A DNA stretch of 64,000 bases, from contig CBDBMJ010000001.1 of NCBI GenBank assembly GCA_965207455.1, positions 1,248,001 to 1,312,000 of the forward strand. Reading direction: 5' to 3'. The DNA is from Bdellovibrionota bacterium (GTDB lineage: Bacteria; Bdellovibrionota; UBA1018; CAIPTA01; JAALKR01). The position numbers were made by a program, and so were the translations under genes. Position 1 is the first letter of the stretch; every line of letters starts with the position of its first letter. The notes under the pieces were generated by a model, which ran no database searches, was not told the origin of the DNA, and was given only the letters and a program-made list of their open reading frames with translations. Below, piece after piece: positions 58,764-64,000 of this stretch.

Positions 58764-59065
58764 CTTTTATAAACAATTTCCACACTATTTAAATAAGTTT
58801 CCATTTTTTCCGTAAGAGTTTTAATTTTTTTGATATCTGATTTATTTGCAGCCATCTCCATATCAGCCCCTATAACAGATAATTCATGGAAGCCGTAACT
58901 CTGAGCACATCCAGCAATACTGTGACCAATGAGCATAATAGAATGGTAATTTTTCGACTTTATGGATTCTTTTATCACATCCATATCTTTCCAAATATTC
59001 TCTAAAAATTCAGGTGCCAGTTCTTGGAAGAATTCGTCTGGATAAATTTTAATGGCTTCTGGCAT
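58760..59065 (-). CDS. Hpt (histidine phosphotransfer) domain protein
   Basis: GHSIAGCAQSYGF..LS.IG..ME. Confidence 0.8.
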   Translation of the reverse strand: MPEAIKIYPDEFFQELAPEFLENIWKDMDVIKESIKSKNYHSIMLIGHSIAGCAQSYGFHELSVIGADMEMAANKSDIKKIKTLTEKMETYLNSVEIVYKS

Positions 59066-59664
59066 ATCAACTCCGTTATTAATAATTATTATAACAGAGC
59101 TTCCCAGAGTCTTTCGTGTGCGGAAAAAATATTTAAATCCTTGGGCTAGCCAGCCTTTTTACTTTCTAATTCAGGTACGCTTTCTTGAGAATCCGAATGT
59201 AAACGCAATTCTTAACTACCGCATCTAGCGAATAATCACCATTTTAAATCCTTCATGATCTACAGTTATATCAGCGCTAAAAGGTTCTTATTCTACAGCG
59301 CAGTTATGTGTATGAAAAGTTCATCACCATTATCTATTTCTTCTACTATATACTTCTTATCATTAAATTTACTCTTTATGAGCTCAAAACTCCTATTACA
59401 CGAATCTGAAATAAGCCGAAAACTATTTCCAGCTATACTCTTCGGAAGACTCAGATTAGCGTTTACATTATTAGTCAAGAACTAATTTGACCTTTTTTCT
59501 CAGAAAATTATAAAGATTTGTTTTTATTGAATTAATCCGATATTTTTCTTTTGCTTCTGCTCCAGCCCTAGCATCCTTTGTAGTGATAAAAAAGGTGTTG
59601 TTGTGTAAATAGATCCAAATTGAGTCCGAGGGGGACTCGTCCCAGTGCTCTCATTAGGAAAAGT

Positions 59665-59931
59665 TTATTCCTTGGCTGGTTCTGGTTTTTTGGCTTGTTT
59701 TTTGGCTTGTTTTTTTGTTGTTTCTTTAGGCTTTGCTGCTGCTGGTGCTGGTGCTGCTTCCGCTTTTGCCTCTTTGGGTTTTGGGGCAGGAGTTTTCACT
59801 AGGCCAGCCTTGAGTAATGCCCGAACCTTGTCGTCCCCGTTTAGCCACTTTCCCTTGAGGCCTTTAACCGCATACCTGCCTGTTTTCTTTTTATAAATTT
59901 TATGTTCTTTTGTGTCTTTTACTAGTTCCAT
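59665..59931 (-). CDS. Small basic protein with a Lys/Ala/Pro-rich tail
   Basis: RBS ggag; IYKKKTGRYAV...WLNGDDKVRAL, then a low-complexity tail. Confidence 0.75.
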   Translation of the reverse strand: MELVKDTKEHKIYKKKTGRYAVKGLKGKWLNGDDKVRALLKAGLVKTPAPKPKEAKAEAAPAPAAAKPKETTKKQAKKQAKKPEPAKE

Positions 59932-59994
59932 TGTATCTCCGTTATTTCCTGTTCTATACCACTGGGAATGTCCCTTTGTCTATGGGTTATCTGT

Positions 59995-61389
59995 CTATTC
60001 ATGATCTGGGGTAGGATTAGCAAAGCTGGTGTACTGGCTAAGCCAAGCTAGTTTCACTACACCCACCTGCCCAGAGCGGTGTTTTCCAATAATAATTTCT
60101 GCTACTCCTTTTTGTTCTGAACCTTCGGGGTCGTATTGCTCGTCACGATGAATAAACAATACTAAATCCGCGTCCTGCTCAATGGCACCAGACTCCCTTA
60201 AATCGGAAAGCCTGGGACGCTTATTGTCCCTAGAGTCCACACTACGATTGAGCTGTGAGGCTGCTATAACGGGCACCTGCAGTTCCTTGGCAAGCGCCTT
60301 GAGTCCCCGTGAAATTTCTGCCACCTCTTGCTCCCTATTCGATCTATTATGTCTAGCTAGGCCCGTACCCTGCATAAGCTGGAGGTAATCCACAATCACT
60401 AAACCCAGTCCATAACTACTCTGTATACGACGACACCGAGCCCGAATCTCCATAATATTTAAAGCGGGAGTGTCGTCTATAAACATGGGACACTCAGCAA
60501 GTTTCCCTGCTGCCTGCTGCAAACTCTTCCAATCCTTGTCCTGGAGTCGCCCTGTTTTTAAACGATAGGAGTCCACCCTAGACTCCATGGAAAGAAGGCG
60601 CATACCCAACTCCGACTTTTCCATCTCCATGGAAAAAATACCCACCGGCTTTTGATTCTCTATGGTGCAGTTAAGACCCAGGTTGAGCATAAAAGAGGTT
60701 TTTCCCATACCTGGCCTAGCAGCCACAATGATGAGTTGCCCTGGCTGCCAACCCGTGGTGAGTTTGTCCAAATCCGTAAATCCTGAAGACATCCCTGAGT
60801 GGTCCTTGGTCTTATTTTTTTCAATCTGGTCGAAATTACTGAGGAGAATCTCTTTCAAAGAGGAAAAAGCGTTGGTTTGCTTTTGGCTCGTAATGGAGAA
60901 AATTTCTTTTTCTATCGTATCTAAAAATCCTTCTTGCTCATCCACCCCCTCATTGGCTTGCTTTACAAGCTCCATGGAAGTTTGAATAAACTTTCGAAGC
61001 ACGGACTTTTCTTTGACAATTCGACCATAACTGGGAACATTGGCAGAAGAAAACTCCAACTCCACTAAACCCGACAGGTAAGAAGCCCCTCCACATTTCT
61101 CCAATTCATCACTACGGAGCGCTTCTGTAACTGTAATAATGTCGGCTGGATTCCCTTTTGCAATCAAGCTCGTAACCACTCGAAAAATATGCTGATGACC
61201 TAACTTGTAAAAATCCTCCCACTGGAGTTGCAAATCAGCCATCGTATGGTGAGCATGGTTGTCCAAAAGAAGTCCACCCAATACTCCTCGCTCTGCCTCT
61301 ATACTATGGGGAAGGGTCTTTAAAGCACCGCTAGGGGGAAAAGGCGCCCGGGCTTGCTTTGAAAATCCAACCTCTGCTTTTGTATCCAA
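59995..61389 (-). CDS. dnaB: Replicative DNA helicase
   Basis: PHSIEAE, AARPGMGKT, VDYLQL, SQLNR, DLRESGAIEQDAD. Confidence 0.97.
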   Translation of the reverse strand: MDTKAEVGFSKQARAPFPPSGALKTLPHSIEAERGVLGGLLLDNHAHHTMADLQLQWEDFYKLGHQHIFRVVTSLIAKGNPADIITVTEALRSDELEKCGGASYLSGLVELEFSSANVPSYGRIVKEKSVLRKFIQTSMELVKQANEGVDEQEGFLDTIEKEIFSITSQKQTNAFSSLKEILLSNFDQIEKNKTKDHSGMSSGFTDLDKLTTGWQPGQLIIVAARPGMGKTSFMLNLGLNCTIENQKPVGIFSMEMEKSELGMRLLSMESRVDSYRLKTGRLQDKDWKSLQQAAGKLAECPMFIDDTPALNIMEIRARCRRIQSSYGLGLVIVDYLQLMQGTGLARHNRSNREQEVAEISRGLKALAKELQVPVIAASQLNRSVDSRDNKRPRLSDLRESGAIEQDADLVLFIHRDEQYDPEGSEQKGVAEIIIGKHRSGQVGVVKLAWLSQYTSFANPTPDHE

Positions 61390-61404
61390 GGCCTCTATAC
61401 CTTT

Positions 61405-61851
61405 TTATACTTCTGTTACAACAGCTATATTCAATTGTGCCACCACTCCGTTCATCAAATGACAAGGAACTTTATGGGCACCTAGACTTTTAATCGGCTG
61501 AGTAAGCTCAATCTGCTTGCGCTGAACCTTCACTCCTTTTTCTAGGAGCTGCTTATGAATATCTTGATTGGTCACCGATCCAAAAAGCTTATTATTTTCT
61601 CCAGATTTACGTCGAATGGTAATGGTCAACGCTTCCATCTGATCCTTTAAAATTTCTTTTTCCTTCTGGACCAGCTTAAGTTTTCGCTGGAGAGCCCTCT
61701 TGTGGTGCTCCAACTGCTTCACCTGCTTGCTACTCGCTGGTATGGCCACACCTCTGGGAAATAAATAATTACGGGCGTGCCCAGGAGATACATTCACCAC
61801 ATCTCCAATCATTCCAAGTGTTTCTACTATTTCTTTTAATATTACCTTCAT
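61405..61851 (-). CDS. rplI: 50S ribosomal protein L9
   Basis: MKVIL....LG..GDVV.V..GHARNYLFP, KLFGSVT. Confidence 0.97.
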   Translation of the reverse strand: MKVILKEIVETLGMIGDVVNVSPGHARNYLFPRGVAIPASSKQVKQLEHHKRALQRKLKLVQKEKEILKDQMEALTITIRRKSGENNKLFGSVTNQDIHKQLLEKGVKVQRKQIELTQPIKSLGAHKVPCHLMNGVVAQLNIAVVTEV

Positions 61852-61854
61852 GTT

Positions 61855-62817
61855 TCATCCCTTCAATTCTTCTTCCTTTGGCGGCTTTGGTTGCTTGGGT
61901 TGGATGCGATTACGAAACTGAAACCACAAATCAAAAAACCCAAAGCAAACAATCATCGGGGCTAGGAAAAGTAAACCTATACCATAAATAAGCACCCTGA
62001 TGGGAGCAGCCAAACGAAATATATCCAAAAAATAGGCCAAAATACTCATACCATGGAATAAATAAAGAACAATAAATACCTTTACTAGGTTATTTCCAAG
62101 CACCATGTAGGGTTCTGGAGCGAAAATCATCAGCGCTAGGCAGATCAAGCAGGGCCAGACTAGCCACTCAGGGGTGGACCAGCGCCTAAGAAAATCCCGG
62201 GGTACTCCTATACGCTGTTGAAAATTTTGGGGATTCCAGGACAGGAGAATAATAATGGGAGCAGAGCACAGGATTAAGACCAACGTCAACAATATCCCTG
62301 GGCTTTCCCGTAAAACAAGGTTGGGTTCTTTGAGAAGTTTTTCAATATCTGCTCGAGAGGCGTCGGTAAGGGCAGCCTTATTTTCTTCCAGCGCTCCCTT
62401 GGCAATGCCCTGAATAACGATAGTGGCCTTGGCCTGGATCTTTTCTATGGATCCGCCTTGCTGCAACCACAGGGAAAATGCCCCTCCAAGGCTAAAAAGC
62501 ACCAATAGTATCGCCAAACCAACCGACTTCTCCACCGTATACTTTTTATCTAAACCCAACCCTATCGCTAAGGCAGGCAAAGGACCCAAGATAAGATAGG
62601 AGAGAGATAGACCGGGGCCAGCAATGATACTACAAACCAAAAAACCAATCGGTATAGAAGCATATGCCCACAGGCGACTGTTCCCAAATGCTCCCCGATA
62701 GAGATAAAAGATAGGCACGGGAGTGAAAATAGTAAGAATAGTGGAAGTAAAGAAAAAGGAAGCCAATAGGCAAAGGGCAAGGTTAAATGCCCAAAAACTG
62801 TGCTCCCGCTGGATCAT
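61855..62817 (-). CDS. DUF2232/YybS-family membrane protein
   Basis: Polytopic; lies between rpsF and rplI; GFFDLWFQFR C-terminal motif. Confidence 0.8.
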   Translation of the reverse strand: MIQREHSFWAFNLALCLLASFFFTSTILTIFTPVPIFYLYRGAFGNSRLWAYASIPIGFLVCSIIAGPGLSLSYLILGPLPALAIGLGLDKKYTVEKSVGLAILLVLFSLGGAFSLWLQQGGSIEKIQAKATIVIQGIAKGALEENKAALTDASRADIEKLLKEPNLVLRESPGILLTLVLILCSAPIIILLSWNPQNFQQRIGVPRDFLRRWSTPEWLVWPCLICLALMIFAPEPYMVLGNNLVKVFIVLYLFHGMSILAYFLDIFRLAAPIRVLIYGIGLLFLAPMIVCFGFFDLWFQFRNRIQPKQPKPPKEEELKG

Positions 62818-63284
62818 TCCTTAGGCGAGTACTCCTCAGACTTTGACTCTGATTGTGGCTCTGGCTTTGACTCTGATTGTGGCTCTGGCTCTGACCTTGG
62901 ACTCTTGGCTGGTCTTACATCAGTTACCGACGCACTCAGCGATGGTTTCATTATGGGTGTTGGGCCTTTCAAACTTTTTATGTCCTCTGGACTAACTCCG
63001 TCGTTCACACGAACACTCATATAGAGCGTTATGTTTTCGTCGATACCCAAATTCCGCTCCAGCTCTGCCACTGCTCCCGTATCTCCCGTATAAGCGAAAT
63101 ACTGGTAGTGACTCCTTAGCTCATTTTTTATCCTAACGGCCAGCTTGCGCTTTCCCCAGATCTCGTAACAAAGAAGCTCTCCGTCGTGTTTTTTGAGGAT
63201 GTCCTCCACTTTGCTGCGAACAGCATTATGGACCTCCTCAGTACTAGATAGTTTCGTAATGACAGTTGTCTCGTAACCAGGCAT
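62814..63284 (-). CDS. rpsF: 30S ribosomal protein S6 with a C-terminal extension
   Basis: YETTVI, WGKRKLAVRIK, Y.YFAY, ELERNLGIDENI. The tail has a perfect 24-bp duplication at 62841-62888. Confidence 0.92.
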   Translation of the reverse strand: MPGYETTVITKLSSTEEVHNAVRSKVEDILKKHDGELLCYEIWGKRKLAVRIKNELRSHYQYFAYTGDTGAVAELERNLGIDENITLYMSVRVNDGVSPEDIKSLKGPTPIMKPSLSASVTDVRPAKSPRSEPEPQSESKPEPQSESKSEEYSPKE

Positions 63285-63416
63285 ACTTTTTTCTCCTTCA
63301 GGTGCTATTTCTACCACATAGCATTTATTTATCAAAGTCGGAATTCTTGAATCGGAGAGAAAAATCGTCTATCTTGGATAAATATATGGAACTAAAGCAA
63401 TTATATGAGGATTTTT

Positions 63417-64000
63417 GTGCCTGATACGGTCCATTACAACGCAGCCATCCTAGCCGCAGGCAAAGGCACCCGCATGAAAAATGACCTGCCCAAGTGCCTA
63501 GCCCCACTAGCAGGTCGACCCATGCTTTTCCATATTACCGATGTTTTACTCCAGACCCCCTCCTGTGAGCAGATTTGCTTTGTGCTGGGCTTTGGAACCC
63601 AAACCGTCGCCCAAGAAATAGAGTCATGGAAACTGCCCAACCTACGGGAACGCACCCTCCTTGCCATACAAAAGGATCAAAAGGGCACAGGGGATGCGGT
63701 TGGCTGCGCCTATGATGCCCTATCGTCGAAAAAAAAACCGTGGCCCATCGTAATTCTGAGCGCAGACACTCCTCTCGTCACAAAAGAAGTTCTCCAGAAC
63801 CTACTCCACCGACACAAAAAACAAAACGCCCACCTCACCGTGGGAACCATGACCGTTTCCAACCCCACTGGCTATGGCAGGATTTTTGAAGTGGACGGTT
63901 GTGTGAGTGCCATTGTGGAGGAACGGGAAGCTAGCCCCAAGGAAAAGGAAATATCCACCGTCAACGGCGGCATCTATGTGGTAGAACCTGACTTTCTACA
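63417..64000 (+). CDS. glmU: GlmU N-terminal nucleotidyltransferase domain (runs off the window; not in the ORF track)
   Basis: AILAAGKGTRMKNDLPKCL, QKGTGDAV, DTPL, PTGYGRI, IVEE, NGGIY. Confidence 0.9.
   Translation, partial: MPDTVHYNAAILAAGKGTRMKNDLPKCLAPLAGRPMLFHITDVLLQTPSCEQICFVLGFGTQTVAQEIESWKLPNLRERTLLAIQKDQKGTGDAVGCAYDALSSKKKPWPIVILSADTPLVTKEVLQNLLHRHKKQNAHLTVGTMTVSNPTGYGRIFEVDGCVSAIVEEREASPKEKEISTVNGGIYVVEPDFL

Noticed and set aside
59070..59610. Short ORFs in an AT-rich gap (59255-59485 and 59293-59478)
   Set aside because: No RBS or motif; possibly a decayed gene, but it cannot be assigned.
59995..61389. Intein in dnaB
   Set aside because: Normal length (464 aa) with contiguous helicase motifs.

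Overview
64 kb of bacterial chromosome with an AT-rich background. Gene content suggests a Bdellovibrionota/Oligoflexia-like (delta-type) organism; this is an inference from the FHA-sigma54 activator, the TPR-wHTH-DeoR regulator, rpsF-DUF2232-rplI-dnaB and trmD-SPOUT-rplS. The housekeeping backbone carries ivd-like, pgi, xseA, dps, an RND pump, msrAB, argS, rnhB, pepF-like, rplS, trmD, dnaB, rplI, rpsF and glmU. It is interrupted by two plastic regions. Region 1 (about 4.6-21.5 kb) holds a divergent TPR/HTH regulator with a carrier-less adenylation domain, a ferric-reductase-like membrane protein and an enoyl-CoA hydratase (a split bacterial counterpart of the fungal TmpL/NPS12 architecture). 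It also holds a duplicated copy of that promoter driving a PLP enzyme inside a 1.2-kb unit bounded by perfect 67-bp repeats, a 108-bp MITE, pseudogenes, a headless DUF285/BspA repeat cassette, an IS256 with a long promoter-bearing structured 3' tail and no target duplication, and the remnant of an integrative element (EndA nuclease, XRE regulators, xis, tyrosine integrase) at tRNA-Leu(CAA). Region 2 (about 45.6-54 kb) holds an ankyrin/beta-barrel fusion and a tandemly duplicated, mosaic array of Ig-repeat/PKD/DUF285-LRR surface lipoproteins, each behind a sigma28(FliA)-like promoter, one switched off by a small duplication. No CRISPR array or rRNA was seen. All family assignments are from motif recognition by eye; no database search was run.
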